Positions 36,324-49,963 are shown, counted from the stretch's first letter. The stretch: 64,000 nt of DNA from Takakia lepidozioides (GCA_030704615.1 CM060734.1:36518001-36582000), one strand, 5' to 3'. Numbers and translations: made by a program. The notes: a model not told the origin generated them from the letters alone.

Positions 36324-36690
36324 TCAAAGCGGATTTTCCTTGTAAGTATACAAGTATGAAACAGTAAGAAAATACAGGAAGTTTAGGAAGCTAAGTACTG
36401 CCATGAGCCAGTAGAAGAGATTTAGTTTACTGCGGTTGAATGGTCTGCTATCTGCCAACCAGCCAGGGTGACTATGCCCATGGCTAGTGACCTTGTACAA
36501 TATTCACAAGGATTGTGCTCATAAAGTAGACGAGAGATGGTGGTAAGAGCAAGTCCGGTGATCATGCCTAGCATGCTGCTGGGCGCTTCATCATAGGAGA
36601 ATTCCAGCACACCAATGTAGGTGAACATATCAGCAATCCCCAAGGTAAACACAAGGAGCTTTTGGGACGTTTCCTTCAAGAAAAGTACCA
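36324..36690 (-). pseudogene. NPF (NRT1/PTR) transporter C-terminal fragment
   Basis: LGIADMFTYIGVLEFSYDEAPSSMLGMITGLALT, then a frameshift, then MSTILVNIV and PFNRSKLNLFYWLMAVLSFLNFLYFLTVSYLYTYK (NPF TM10-TM12). Confidence 0.88.
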
Positions 36691-36822
36691 CGTTCCCATT
36701 GAAAAGGCACACAAATTAACACGTCAGAGGAAACAGTGCCACAGTGGAAAGAATTTTCACATTTACTCCTTCGTCACAGGAGATAATGTCATTTTCCCAT
36801 ACAAATTATAGAGTCTGCGGAA

Positions 36823-37049
36823 TTGTGCTTTCTACTTCGTCTTGAGGTTAAATGTTACTTGTTCCCACATATATAGAGGCTAAAGTACTGTGCTTTATTC
36901 TTTGTCTTGAGGTCAATCGCTGCTTGTTCCACACTAAAGTATTGTGCTTTATACTTTGCCTTGAGGTGAAATGTAGCTTGTTCCCACATACAGTAGAGGT
37001 TAAAGTATTGCGCTTTCTAGTTTGGAGGTGAAATGCTGCTTGTTCCACA
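36823..37049. repeat. Degenerate tandem repeat, about 4 units of 54-65 bp (alternating long and short)
   Basis: cttgaggt.aa..g...cttgttcc.acat..aaagta.tg.gcttt units start at ~36841, 36906, 36960 and 37022. Confidence 0.75.
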
Positions 37050-37466
37050 AAGTTTCTTCAAGGCAAAATAGAAACCATTTATGAAAGTGGAAAGGGAGCC
37101 ATATTGCACATCATATTCAGAGCTCATGAACATCTGTTTTCAACCAGAATAGATGGTAGTACTTTATTTATGAAAGTAGGGTCATTGTCACATGTACGCA
37201 CCATAACAATAACAGGGTGATCCTGAACACCTAGCTCTGTCCCGAGCATTAATACTAATGAGCACGATCATGAAAGAGGCTTTCATTCAAGCACCTGGTA
37301 TGGATGCATCTGAAATCACAAGGCAGAACAGACAAGAATTGCAGCATTGACGAGTTGCTACACTATCATTAAAACAGCTGGACCTGAGGATCCCCCACAA
37401 CCATCCAGCCACATGATAGTGTGAAACCTCCTCAGCATTCCTTACACAGAGGTAGGATCCACTCAC

Positions 37467-39130
37467 ATTCACTTCGGCAGGTGTAATTCTCATAATTCCA
37501 CCCACAAAATCATGTTGTGGGCTACTGGGTTCAGAGCTTGGAGAAGCTATGTCATGACTGCCAGGATGCCCCAAATCTGACATGGGATGCCCCACCTCTG
37601 GTCCAATGGGCATGTCACCGTCATGATGACCCATTGCCATGGCAGATGGAGACAGCGTTGTTGTCAGAGGCATAGGATGAAGCTCTACTGGCATCTCAGC
37701 TGCATTCATCTCTTCAAACTTCCCTTCAAACCGACTGCCAAAGCAATAAGCAGTCTGTTCTTTATCATGTCTATGTGGCAATTGAAAATGAAAATTATGC
37801 AATGGTGTTGTGATAAGTTAAACAGTGCCCAATATGCAAGGACAAAAGATGGCTTAAGTAAATGCAGTGTACTAATCATCTGATTACTGCTGATGAGAGT
37901 CTCATGAGAAGTTCACAATTCACACCAAGCAGTAGCTGCAAGAACCGCAACCACTATACACATGCCCAGAGATCCAAGGCACTCAAGTTACATCCTTTCA
38001 CACTTCTTCAAGATGGTAATCTGCCGAAGACAATAGCCTCATGCACAGAATGACTCTTGTTGCCCTCCAAAGTGACCTCAAAGAGCAAAAGCGTTGCATG
38101 CTTCTGCATGTAACAGACAGAAACACACCTGACCAGGTAAACATCGATGGGGCCCATGGTACTGCGGAGGAGAATCTGGAAGCGTCGTTGTGGTACTCCA
38201 CTGCCTGAAGCAACCAAATTTCACCATGTCAGTAAGCAACAACCTTTCCAGACCCTATCAATCTTTCGTACTCTGCAAAACTACTGAGTCTGCCACTTAC
38301 ATGCCCTGAACACAGAAAGGAAGAAACAGACTAGTAGATTACAAACAAGCTGACTTTGTCCCTGTTAATGTGATTGGCATTCACATTATCTATCAGAAGA
38401 ATGTGACAAATGGTTTACTTCATCAGGGTCAGGGACCTCAAGAGTGGTGCCACGTGGAGCTTGGATAGCAATAAGTGTCTCAATCTGTTTGAAAGATAAC
38501 AAGCAGATTAGTCTCCCAGGCATGGCCTGATACTGTGTTTGTGAGATACATGACTCACAAGGAAGGGCACAAAATTGTTCACTGTCTTGCAAAATATTCT
38601 AATTAGTGTTTCAGAAGCTCAGTTTCAGGAGTTTCAGGCACACAGGTTCAGAAAAGTTTGAACGACTGGAGAGACCCGAAAGCATGGCAAGCTCTTGATG
38701 TCATCCTCAGTAACATAAAGCCATCTGGAGAGGAGGGCAGAACAAAATACCTTGAAAATTTTACCAGCAAACTTTCACATAGTAAACATCAGTGAAGGAT
38801 GAGCTACCAACATGCAGAGTGTCTGCAGCTTTATTGAGATCCAGGACACCATCATCTGCTTGCTTGATGAGGTCAATGAACTTCTTTGTCAACAATACTG
38901 AGAGGAACAGAGGGACAGTCAGCTCCCAAGTACACATGAAGACAGTCAAGAATACTTGAGTGAAAGGGTTTTCACAATAACAACGTACATCCACTCCAAG
39001 TGGCTTGTAGGCTAAAAATGGAAAGCATGTACAGGCCAACCTGGAAATTAAGCTACATGGAAGGACATATACCTAGTGTGCTGTCGTAGCGACAGGTACT
39101 GTTTGGTGTACTGGTCAACACAGACTGCTG
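37467..39130 (-). pseudogene. E2F: E2F transcription factor pseudogene (intron-containing, with exons deleted)
   Basis: Exons: ..TPNSTCRYDSTL (ends 39073); LLTKKFIDLIKQADDGVLDLNKAADTLH (38897-38812); WLYVTEDDIKSLPCFR (38724-38676); IETLIAIQAPRGTTLEVPDPDE (38484-38419); AVEY/PQRRFQILLRSTMGPIDVYLVS (38204-38129, 1-nt frameshift); RFEGKFEE..GGIMRITPAEVN (37734-37467). The RRIYDITNVLEG and heptad exons are absent. Confidence 0.9.
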
Positions 39131-40324
39131 GGCCCGTGTTGAGGCGCCAAGTGCCCCACCCCCGCATACTCACCATGGCCGCGGAGGAAAATTGGCCATG
39201 ACAGAATGTACTGCGGAAGTCCAATCTCTATGGACCAGGGCAAGCATTGCCATCCCTCATGTTCACTGTCCATTACTGTAAGCTTATGGCATTTTCACAT
39301 TTTGGCAGACATCCCCAAGTGGCTCCCGATTTGGACTGCCTAAGATGGCAATGCCAATACTCTTGATGCAAGGATGGGAGAGGAAATGTGCCTGTCTACT
39401 TGAACATTCTACAACCGGCTGATGGCAATATGAGAGTCCCGCGGTGCACGGACAGGTCTATATATCATATGCAGTGAACAGAATCGATGGACTCAAGGTC
39501 CGCAGTAAGCCGATACCACAAAATTCAGATAATTCTAGCATAAGATGCCTCCGAGAGTTATATTTCACCAGACGTGGATGGCCCCTCTGTGACGTCCTAG
39601 ACAATACCGGAGGAGAAGGATCTTGCCTTAACAGCCTCCTCACATCGTGATGCAATTCTCCTGCTTGAGATTTTCTCTCATGGTTGTACCGTACGTCCTC
39701 TTTGGCAACCAAGCAAATCCGGGAGCGAAGTGTTGACCTCTGTAAGAACAACTACAGCGCAGTCTTCCTCGATCATCCATTACAACCAAGTATTCTGGCC
39801 CTCTAGAATCAACAGTCATACGAGGGTCAGTTACAAGTTAGAGTGCTTACGTTGCACTCTCCAAAGCCTGGCCCGGGAAACCCCAATATCAGCTGAGAAA
39901 CGAGTATACATATTATTTATTTCATTTTGCTCTTTTTCTTTTTTCTTTTTTTGCTTTTTTGACTAAATATATGCAAGAATATCTGTATGTGGAAACTGGA
40001 TGAAAGCCTGGTACACTTCCAATGACGAATGAAACTTTTTTTTTTTTTCCCTTCAGTTCTAGTTTAGGAAAAGGTTTTGCTGCAAACTACTAAGTAGTTT
40101 CTGCCTTGAAAACACTCATTTGAAAAAACTTGGGATAAACACCAGTTTATCCATGCTTCAAAAGTATGTAAAGAGCTTGAGTGGAAATACCACCACTTTT
40201 ATCTGTTATTTTTCCTTGTACAGATGTTACAAAGGAAATCCCATGGGAAAAAATATATATCCTCTGATAGCACTTTTCACATAGAAAAAAAGGACTGCGT
40301 TTCCTGTTGCTACACAGGAAACCG

Positions 40325-40965
40325 CCTGAAAGCTCCTTGTGAAAGTACTGTGGGACAAGCTAGAAAATGCTCATAGGAATTGTGCCATGAGGACTATCTA
40401 GTAGGCCATTTGCCTTGGCAAGGTTGGTGCGCTTCACCTCTACTAAGGCAGCTATGATCATGGATACAAGAGATAGGACAAGACCGATGCCAAATCTTTG
40501 GAGAAAACTAATACCTCGGTGAAGGCCAGTATGGGATGAAATTGATGAAGGAATAGAGAGGATTGCCAAAACCATGCATTCTGGTGATACATGTAACTGG
40601 AGCACCTCAATTTTGGAGCTCTTCCGCCCAAGATTCCCTTTGGCATCAGACACTCATTTGAATTCTACAGGACGTGTAGAGAGTTAAAAGCTACATTACA
40701 TATTTGTGAGAAGAGAAATTGAAACTCACCATAATCTCAACCACCCCAAACATGAAAATTGTCCAATAGCGACGCAAGTAGGCATTAGCAATGAAGCCTC
40801 CAAGAAGAGGACAAAGAAAATGCAGTGCCTGCAAAGTTTGTCACGGTAGTAGTTCCTTGTGTGTTGGCAAAGTTCATGTAGAGGGTAGAGGACCAGATCT
40901 AATTGTATCCCAATGAAAGCCATTGTCTCCATGAGCTCCATTTCTGCATCCCAGCACCCATCCAA
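40325..40965 (-). pseudogene. NPF (NRT1/PTR) transporter N-terminal and TM8-9 fragments
   Basis: EMELMETMAFIGIQLDLVLY..VTNFAGTAF..GGFIANAYLRRYWTIFMFGVVEIM|gtgag, then GISFLQRFGIGLVLSLVSMIIAALVEVKR..GTIPMSIF*LVPQY. The middle helices are missing. Confidence 0.88.
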
Positions 40966-41149
40966 CCGTGTAATCACGCTTAGCAACCTGTTGCATTGAG
41001 AACGAGAGGAAGGATTTATTGTCTTGGGCTCTAGCACCATAGGGATGCTCCGCCTTTGGTTACCAATTTTGAAAGCCCCGAGGCTGAGACATAGGGTTTT
41101 TTTGCCAACGGTTTTTGAGAAATAAAAGTGTTGGTGGTGTGTGTTAATT

Positions 41150-44100
41150 AGGATGGGATGGTGAGGAAACATCGACCCGTCTCCCTCGAGGATGGGGAGG
41201 TAGTACCACATATCGATTGTGGCCCTAGAGCGACCATTTTTCGTGGCGAGGAGGCACCCATTGCACCTGATCCAATACAGGTTGCCGGGCACAATCGTAG
41301 AAGGGACCGGGGCCAAATTTCAGGTGATGCGGAGGATGTTGACACTCCGGGATCGAGTCGGGCGCGCCGCAGGTTGCTTCCTCGCGGGCCACCCCGTCCA
41401 ACCACATCCACCTTTGACCCCCCCCCACAGGATTGAGTGTTGGTGCACTAAGTGTTGGGAACGGATACCGCCGGGCGGCACCAGACCACCGAGGCGGCGA
41501 CCACATGTTGTCGAAAAACATTACAAGAAGAACAAGATTGCGGATGCGGCAAAGGTCAGTGTTTTTCCCACCCCTCTCATTAACATTCATTTAAGGTACA
41601 TTTAGGTTTATCTAATAATATAGTATGATTGGTAAGCATACATGAATCAAAATTACGACATAAGTATTGATGCGTCGTTCACTACGCACATTGCAGCCAC
41701 GACTTGATACCCAAGCTCGCAATCACATTGCACAGGAGGCATTTCGCACCGGTCTACTTACAGAATTTGTGCCAGAGCATATGCCCAATGTGACTAGTTG
41801 GCTCTCCCAGCAGCACGTAGATGAGATGCGTAGGATCGAGGGGTATCGTAGGTGTCATAGGCGTTATGGCCGGTGACGAGCAGCCCCCCCCCCCCCCCTC
41901 TTCCAGTTTCCTCAGGCGGTCCCCATGATTGTGGCCCCCCCCCCCCCCCCCCCCCCCGTCTGTTTCTTTGTCTAATCCACCTCCGGTTGTACCTGATCCG
42001 GACGTTGTACCCCCAGCTGCACCTCCGACATTACATCCTCAACCACCTCCACTTTCATCTCCTCCACCAGCAGTACCACCTCCACCTCCACGTGCATGTG
42101 CCCCCCGAACCCCTAGGAGGGGTCGGCTTCGCCCTAGGTTTCCTCCCCTTCGGCTTGGGTGGCCTGAGCCGGATCCTCGCCCCCGATGGGAAGCGCATAG
42201 GACTATGTTACTGAGGACCGTCCAGCCTCGTTGTTGGGGGAATCATCTCGACCCTCCCACCCCCATCCGAGAAAATGTGGAGTTCGAGTATTGGGGGAGA
42301 CGGTATGTTGTGAGAGCCGCTACAGACCTTGTTATGGGTCGGGGTTTATTCACGGTCAATAATATTGTGGTTCCTCCTCGGATAAACAGCATGGTGGACT
42401 TGTTTCCCTACTACGATCCATACTACACCTCCGCGGAGTTCCGTACATTACACCTCGAAGCCCCATATATCCTACCCTATGCTTAATGATAGCATATGCA
42501 ATGTGCGTGCAAAATTTGGGAGTAACAAAAGTCATTTGGACCCATAACCAGATTTTGTTCTCTCATTTGCACTCCAAAGTTGAGTTATCTTCAATTTCTT
42601 GCACTCTTCATAGAGAGTTATGCAAATGTGACCCTAGAAACATACTTATTTTTTTGTCCCATTTTTTGCATGGATGTAGTGGTGCAAAGCTCGATGTCAC
42701 AGAACAAAATAGAGCTAAAAATAAAAAAACTGCAATCATATATTTTCTAAATGCAAATATTTATTTTAAATTCATTTAAATTCGATTTAATTCAAAATTG
42801 GTACAAGGGTGAGTGCGTCGTTGGGGAGGCAATTTTTATTATTTTTATTATTTTTATTATTTCCTGCTGGATCTTTGTACAGGTGTTGCACACATATTTA
42901 AGCAAATGTAGGAAAAAATGAAGCTTGAGCCACATCCGTTTGTTGGATGCAGTGGCATGAGAGGATTTTCTTTCACATTAACAAACAAAAATTGGTTGAG
43001 AGGGTGAATGCGTCATTGGGGGGGGCAAATGATTTTGTTTGGGTTTGAAACTTTGCATGCGTGTACGTTGCGCATATACATGTAATTATTGAATGACATA
43101 TTTCATGCACACACACATTGAAGGTTGTTGTTTGCATTTCACTTATAATGAAGTGTATGGTTGCAATGACACATTATAATATATGTCCATATGTTCATTT
43201 GTTCGTATCAGGACTTTGTCCATCCATTCCCGGTCTTTTCTCTTGGCACCCCATCCGAAAACAACCCAAGTACATCAAGCGGGAGCCGTGGGCGAGACGC
43301 CGCCCCCACGTACCGGACGATGATGACAATGACAGTGATAGTGACAGTGACAACAACAATGAGCATGGAATTAACCAGAAGGATGTGCAAGCCACGGAGG
43401 ATCTCTTAATGCATCATGTGGGCGCTGATGCATCCCATGAAGAGGGAACCCGGCCAATCGATGATCCTGAAATGACCCCCTCAAATGGCATTGAGAGGGA
43501 GGCGAGAACTCCCTTGTACGAAGGGGCGAAAGTGAGTCGACTTTCAACAATATTACTTTTGCTCAATCTTCAAATTCGATTTGGCATAAGTAATGTTGGG
43601 ATGTCTGCCATAATGCGAACTATTGCAGACTATATCCTTGCTCCACACTTGAAACCCAAGATGCCACGGTCGCGGAAAGAGGCGCGCGAAGTCTTGGACT
43701 CTGTGGGGATGGGCTATAAGATTTTTCATGCATGTCCATGTGATAAAACCCTATACTACGGAGAGAATTCGCATCTCACCAAGTGCCCAAAGTGCAAGAA
43801 AGACTGATATCGGGATGATGTCAAGGGAAAAAAGTACCACGCAAGGTATAAGCGTCATTCCCCTTCGCATGGAGATTATTAGAGAGTAGTACTCATGCAA
43901 GATCTGATTGTGGTTTTGGAAGGAGCGAGTGAGGAGTGGAAGGAGCGACGTTTGGTTTTGACCATTCACACCCAAATGAGGGAGAGGCTGCATAAAGGGA
44001 AAGACATAAGGGTGTTGTATTATGTGTGCTAATGGGATGATTACATGTGGGGGGCGTGGGGTATTTCATCCTAGAAAATGCATTACTTTTCGATCATCCC

Positions 44101-44178
44101 GCGATTGAGGGCACAGTACCGAAGCCCCGAATTGGCCAGACTCATGAGATGACACGCCTCGCAACATTTGCTGTAGTG
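41150..44178 (+). mobile_element. Decayed CACTA (En/Spm) element with TnpD/TNP2 transposase relic
   Basis: TPLYEGAKVSRLSTILLLLNL..GMGYKIFHACPCDKTLYYGENSHLTKCPKCK (43500-43807), then after an intron KMHYFSIIPRLRAQYRSPELARLMR*H (~44075-44160). It ends at ctgtagtg (44171-44178, reverse complement CACTACAG). Upstream Pro-rich ORFs and the left boundary are uncertain. Confidence 0.8.
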
Positions 44179-44329
44179 ATTTGAGAATGGCTATGCGACG
44201 ATGCAATTGTCATATCCTCATATGGATGCAGACACACTAACTGAGGCTCTTGGGACACCTGTCATGTGGGATTTGTGTGACATCTCTTTGGACTATCCTA
44301 CCTCTAATCCAGAATGATCTTTTCTCGTC

Positions 44330-47300
44330 CGAAGATGGAGATGGATCAGAAGAATCTGTGGATGGAGAAAATCCTCAGAGCCCTATTGGAAGAAGTAATT
44401 AGAAGAATCGTATGTGTATCTTCTTAACGGAAGAAGGCGGTGACATCTACGAGGGAAGAATACACGCATGCAGGTGATACTTTGTGACAAACTCGGGAAG
44501 GACTATGTTGATGTTCTCATTACCAAGGTGTTAGTGGGAGGATGTGGATTTCTCATGTCCATTGTCAAGTGGCCTTTGATTAGAACAAAATTCTTGCAAA
44601 ATGGAAGGTTGCTTTCGGAAGATCTACAAAATTTCTACAGCTCCGAGATGGCTAGTGAGCCGGAGGATGGTGAGTGTGGTATAATGAAGGCTCCTTACAG
44701 GCATTTTCGTAGATCCAAAAGAGGTGTTGCTTTGGATGAGTCTAGGAAATAAAAAATGTTACTTTTGGAAAAATCTGTGAGAGAGGTCAGTAGCAAACCA
44801 TGTTGTCAGCTTCGATGTTGTCAATTCTTTGACTGGAAGAAGACACTTGCTTTTGCACCACATTTTGGAGATCTACCTTCAACAATAGACGAGAACTGGG
44901 ATTTGACATTCCACGGAGACTACACAGACTCGAGGGGTCAACTCGTCGAGCATACAGTAATTGAAAGAATGGATATTTGCAAGAAGACGTGGTGGACAAT
45001 TCATGGAATTGGCAGGTCAACTTATATGGAGTACAAAAGACTCAGCAAAGAAAGAGTTATCTCTTCTGTGCATGGAAATTGTGGAATGAAGCGGCCTCGC
45101 CCAGAAACTGCTCAGACTGAGGGGAACATATTGTCTATCATTAATGGGAACAGTGATTTCATGCCACATAAGACGAGATGTATTGGCGAGGGACGCCGAG
45201 ATACACTCCGTGTACTACCTCCAGAGATTAATTGGAAATGAGTTCGAGATGAGTCTAACGAGATGAGTATTCTTTCTCATCTATTTCTTCTTTTGGACCT
45301 CTCTATTAAGACAATGTGAATAAGATGTGATTTGGTTGAGCAAATAAATTTTTTACATCGATCGATCAATAGTCTTTATTTATATACTACCTGTATCAGG
45401 CTGATGAGACTACTACAGCAGACCTCAACATTAGTGTTAACATTCTAATATATTATTGGGCGCACATGACAGACCACTCAGGTTCTGGGCTTAGGGCCTA
45501 ATTCTACTTCAGCAGTGAGTCGAATTAGAAAGAAAATTTTCTCCAACGTCAAAGTCAGAAAAAATGGAGTGACATTTGCAAAATGTACAGAGTGTGAGAT
45601 GCTAAAGGACCTCATTAAGAAGTCTGTGAAAAGAAGTGCAGACCAAATGTGTCATAAGAAAGCTCTTGACAAACATTTGAAGCATCAAGAGTCTTGCCGG
45701 AGACTCTACCATAGTTGGAATAATGAATCAGTTATGATGTCAACAGAATTCTTATGCATCATTCATGATAAGATGGATCATCGAAAGATTGCTCTTCCAC
45801 GTTTGCAAACAACAAACAAGATGATTTCAGGCTTGGGGCAGCTTCCAGTGTCTATGGCGGGTATCGTTACTCACAGTCACGGAAATGGCGCGTACACTCA
45901 ATATTGGATGGATTTTTGGCCAGCAGATCCCAACTTCGTTATAGGATCTTTGACTAGAATTTTGCGATAATTGGAGAAACCAACATGTCGTGAATCAAGG
46001 GCCTTTTTTGACAACCCCATACAAACTGATTTATTTGAAATCATAATGAGAGGAAAATCCAGGTGTTTGGATGTTTTGAAGTCTTGTTCTGAAAATGATA
46101 AGAAATGAGCGCTTCCATTACCACGAAGATTGTATCTACAAATGGACAATTGTGTCAAGGACAACAAGAACAGGTGGATGTTGGCGTTTTTATCACTGTT
46201 TACTGCAAGAGGGGTGTTCGAAGAAATTCAACTTGGTTTCCTCATGGTTGGCCATACACATGAGGACATTGATGCTTATTTTAGTTACCTTTCGAAGAAA
46301 TTGAAAGAGAACAACACATATGTTCTTTCCGATCTCATAAAAAATTTCATGGTATCTCAAGACCTACAGTTCATTCCGCAAATAATTCAAGAAGTTCCAG
46401 ACTTCAAGGATTTTGTCGACGGCTTTATTTTGGAGGGGAAGGAGGCTTTGGTTGGAGCTACGGAAATGCACCTTCTTCGGTTTTTTGTTGATTCGGATGG
46501 CTGGCCTCTAATGCAATACAAAAAATCTGCAACAGATTCTAATTGGCTTCCAAAAAATGACAATGTCAAAATGTGGAAAGCAAAAGACGATGGTTCTCCA
46601 ATGCTTCCAGTTGGACAGCCAAAATCGCTCCGTAAGATACCTATTTGGGGAGATGGTAATGAAGCATCGGAGAAACAATCTTGCATTAAGTCCGCTATTA
46701 AAAAGTACATGGATTTTTGGAAAAAAAAAACGCTATTGGATGATCAATATGGAAATATCATGAAACAATATGATCAATATTGGGCGGATATTCTTGAAGA
46801 ACTTGACCTTCCGTTGGAGGAGCCAAATGACGAACTTATCGAAGGATTTTGGCCAGTAACAAAATGGATTGAGCACCACAGGAGAGACGGTGTTCATAGA
46901 CAGTCTCAAGACGCATTGTCCGATAATGAAGATATTATGGAACCGTATTGTGGGCCGAGATAATATCGTTGAATCCATTCAAGGATATTGAGAAGGGATT
47001 CTTTGTCCTTGTTCGTCCAAATGATACGGAGACTTTTCCTGTTTGGATGGGAATGACAATATTGGATGTTGTACGAGATAGAGAAGATCGCAATTACAAA
47101 AAACTTCTTGTGGAGTGGTAGAGACCGAAGAAATGGGGCAATCCTACATATGCGGATAGATACAAAGATTGTTGGTCCAAAAATTGGGAGTTCAACCCAA
47201 TGGATCCCACTCAATGGATTCATGTTGACAATGTAGTGTGGACAATGCCACCGAGAAAAAATACGACAAAAGCAAGCACAAAAAAGATAACTGCTCGAGA

Positions 47301-47358
47301 GGCGGACAATGCTAGAGCAAATTTGGAATCAGCAAATCGTCAAGATAATGAAAACTAA
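44330..47358 (+). mobile_element. Degenerate Sola-like DDD transposase (DUF7869-type domain)
   Basis: FAKCTECE..HLKHQ..LCIIHDKMD..YLQMDNCVKDNKNRWMLAFLSLF..GVFEEIQLGFLMVGHTHEDIDAYFSYL. The motif pattern matches Sola-related transposases. Multiple stops and frameshifts. Confidence 0.7.
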
Positions 47359-47889
47359 AATGGTATGAATGCAGACAACTCTCCAATTTTCTTGTTTTCT
47401 TGTAATGTTTTAAATCTCAATGACTTTGAATGATGGATAAAAAATAATTGTTCTACTCAATTATAATGTTGTTCATTCTTCTAGCCAAATTTAGACCACT
47501 TTCAATAAATTTTGTTACAGCGGTTGGGATTAAAAAAAAAAACCTTTTGCTTAGTAATAGTAGCAAGTTTTTATATAACCTCTTAAACACATTTCCATTT
47601 TTTTTTTTTGGATTGGTTTGGATTTTTCAATGTAGGTCCTAAATGTTACTCTTTCATAATATTTGTTTATTATCTAATATACTTTAGCTTAGCCTAAGCC
47701 CAATACCACAAAAATATCTTTGTAATGTTTGAAGCTTGAGACTTTGAATTAATTATTTTTCTAACTTTGAGGTTGCATATTAGAGTGGTTGGAATATTTA
47801 ATTGAAATTTTGTATAGGTCTTAAACACTCTCCCATCACCCCTATCATTCATACTTTTGCCGGAGACTTAACCCTATAGTCTTAATCCT

Positions 47890-49320
47890 ATAGCCTAAAA
47901 CGTAATTGCTACATTTGAAGCTCAATTAATTACATTTTTCAGCTTACATGTATGACAGAGTCATCGAGATATTTACTTGGAAATTCTTACTCTTCCATAT
48001 GTTTTTTTTTACTTGAAGTACTTTTGTTTATCTGAAACCCTATACCGCAAAACTTCATTCAAATGTTTGAAGTTCATTCAAATCAATTTTTGAGCTTTGG
48101 GTATAATACAAATTACAATGGTTAGAATATTATATTGACTTGATTGTTGAATGTTTAAAAAATTATAGGTCCTAAACATTCATGCATATTTTTATGTGAT
48201 TCATACTTTTCCTTCTTATAAACTTTATGCCCCTAAAACCTATGTTTGAAGCTTCTTAAGAAAGCAAATTTATACTTTGGCATTCAAGGTTGGGATATTT
48301 GATTGAAAGTTTTTATAGGTTCCATACACTGTTGTTATTTTTTGAAAGTTTTTATAGGACCTCGTACACAAACTGTTTCTTCCATATTAGTTTCTTATTG
48401 ATAATTTTGTCCACCTCATATCCATGTTTGAAGCCCAAGTCCCGTTTTTATTTTTTTTTGTTTGTTTTTTTTTCCTCCCATTTCTCAATTTTTCAGCTTT
48501 GGGATACAATAGAGTGGGGACGTAATCCCAACATGTATAAGATTGAATTAGCTCATTAAAACAATTGCTTAGTACTATTTGGTAGCAATTTTGTATGGAA
48601 CTTCCTTATAAGCACTTTTCAACCCTTTGTTAGATTGAATAGATTGTTTTTTTTTTTTTTTCTTGGCTAGTACTAAGCTTTGGGGACTTAGTATATAGAA
48701 TTTTACGATATTTAATTGAGAGATTTTATATTTCTTAATTACTATTGTAAATTTGTTTGTCATTGAATAGTACTAAATTTGCTTACCCTAAATCCTAGTA
48801 TGTCACCCTAAAAATCTTTTTTGATTGTTTGAAGCTCATTATTTGTATCATTTACACTTTTGCTTCTTCGAAACCCTAGTATACCCTAAAACGCCATTTG
48901 AAGCTCATTGATTCAATTTATTCTAGCTTATATGTATGATAGAGTCCTTGGGATATTTACTCAGAAATTCTTATATGTTCTACACACTCACCCATATTTT
49001 GTATTTGATAGTATTTTCACCTCTCCAAATCCCTATACCCTAAACCTCATTCAAATATTTGAAGTTCATTCAAATCATTTTTCCAGCTTTGGGTATAATA
49101 CAATTATGGTTAAAATATTACTTGATTGAACGTTTTTATAGGTCATAAACTTTCCTGCATATTTGTGTGATTCATACTTATAATTTTTCTAAAACTTTAC
49201 GCTCCTAAAACCTTATATCTATGTTGGAAGCTCGTTAAAAAAACACATTCTTACTTTGGGGTACAATGTATTCAAAGTTGAGATATTTGATTGAAAGTTC
49301 TTATAGGTTCGATGCACTGT
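47890..49320. repeat. Diverged ~430-bp direct repeat (~47890-48330 and ~48880-49320) in AT-rich DNA
   Basis: Colinear blocks cctaaaacg..tttgaagctc..tgtatga.agagtc..gaaattctta..tttgaagttcattcaaatca..gctttgggtataa..ttgattgaaagtt..tataggttc. Confidence 0.7.
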
Positions 49321-49963
49321 TTGTTTTTTTTTTTTTTTTCCCCATCTTCATATTTTTTCTTATCCTAAACCCTACAATACCTCGAAACCTCATATCTCGA
49401 AGCGAGTCATTGAAAAAATAAATGTACATAGCTTTCAACTTTGGAGTACATTGATACTTTGGTTTGGAGAAATTATTTCGATTAAAAATGTCTAGAAGTT
49501 CCATAGGTTCCATACATTTTTTCACATTTTATTAATGTTGATTTGGATTTCTCATGTGAGTAAGATTTTTTTATTTTGTTGTATCGTTTTGATTTTGAAT
49601 ACCTTTTAGTTCGTCTTTGGGCCTTGTATTCATGTGTTAGTATTCATAAATTTATATCTGTGGTTACTCTTTTGTAGGAGTCAATTTGGATTCGAGACTG
49701 ACATTCATTTTATTTACAAAACAAAGTATTTTGTCTAAGTTCGAGTCTTCATTTTTACAAGCTACCTATCTACGCAGAGGCATTTGCAAAAACATATCTT
49801 CGTGCGACGCACACCCAGTCTTCTCAATTGTCAGCCTTCTGTGTAGATGTTCTAGTTTCAGGGCTAGGGTGTTTGTGGACTATATATAGTGCTTTTGTAT
49901 TGGGGATAACAGACTATTTGACAACATGTACAGGGTAACGATGTATCATGGATACTTGTGTTA

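Noticed and set aside
41873-42486. Pro-rich ORF resembling an extensin or formin
   Set aside because: It is driven by poly-C tracts, lacks a signal peptide or FH2 domain, and lies in the CACTA relic region.
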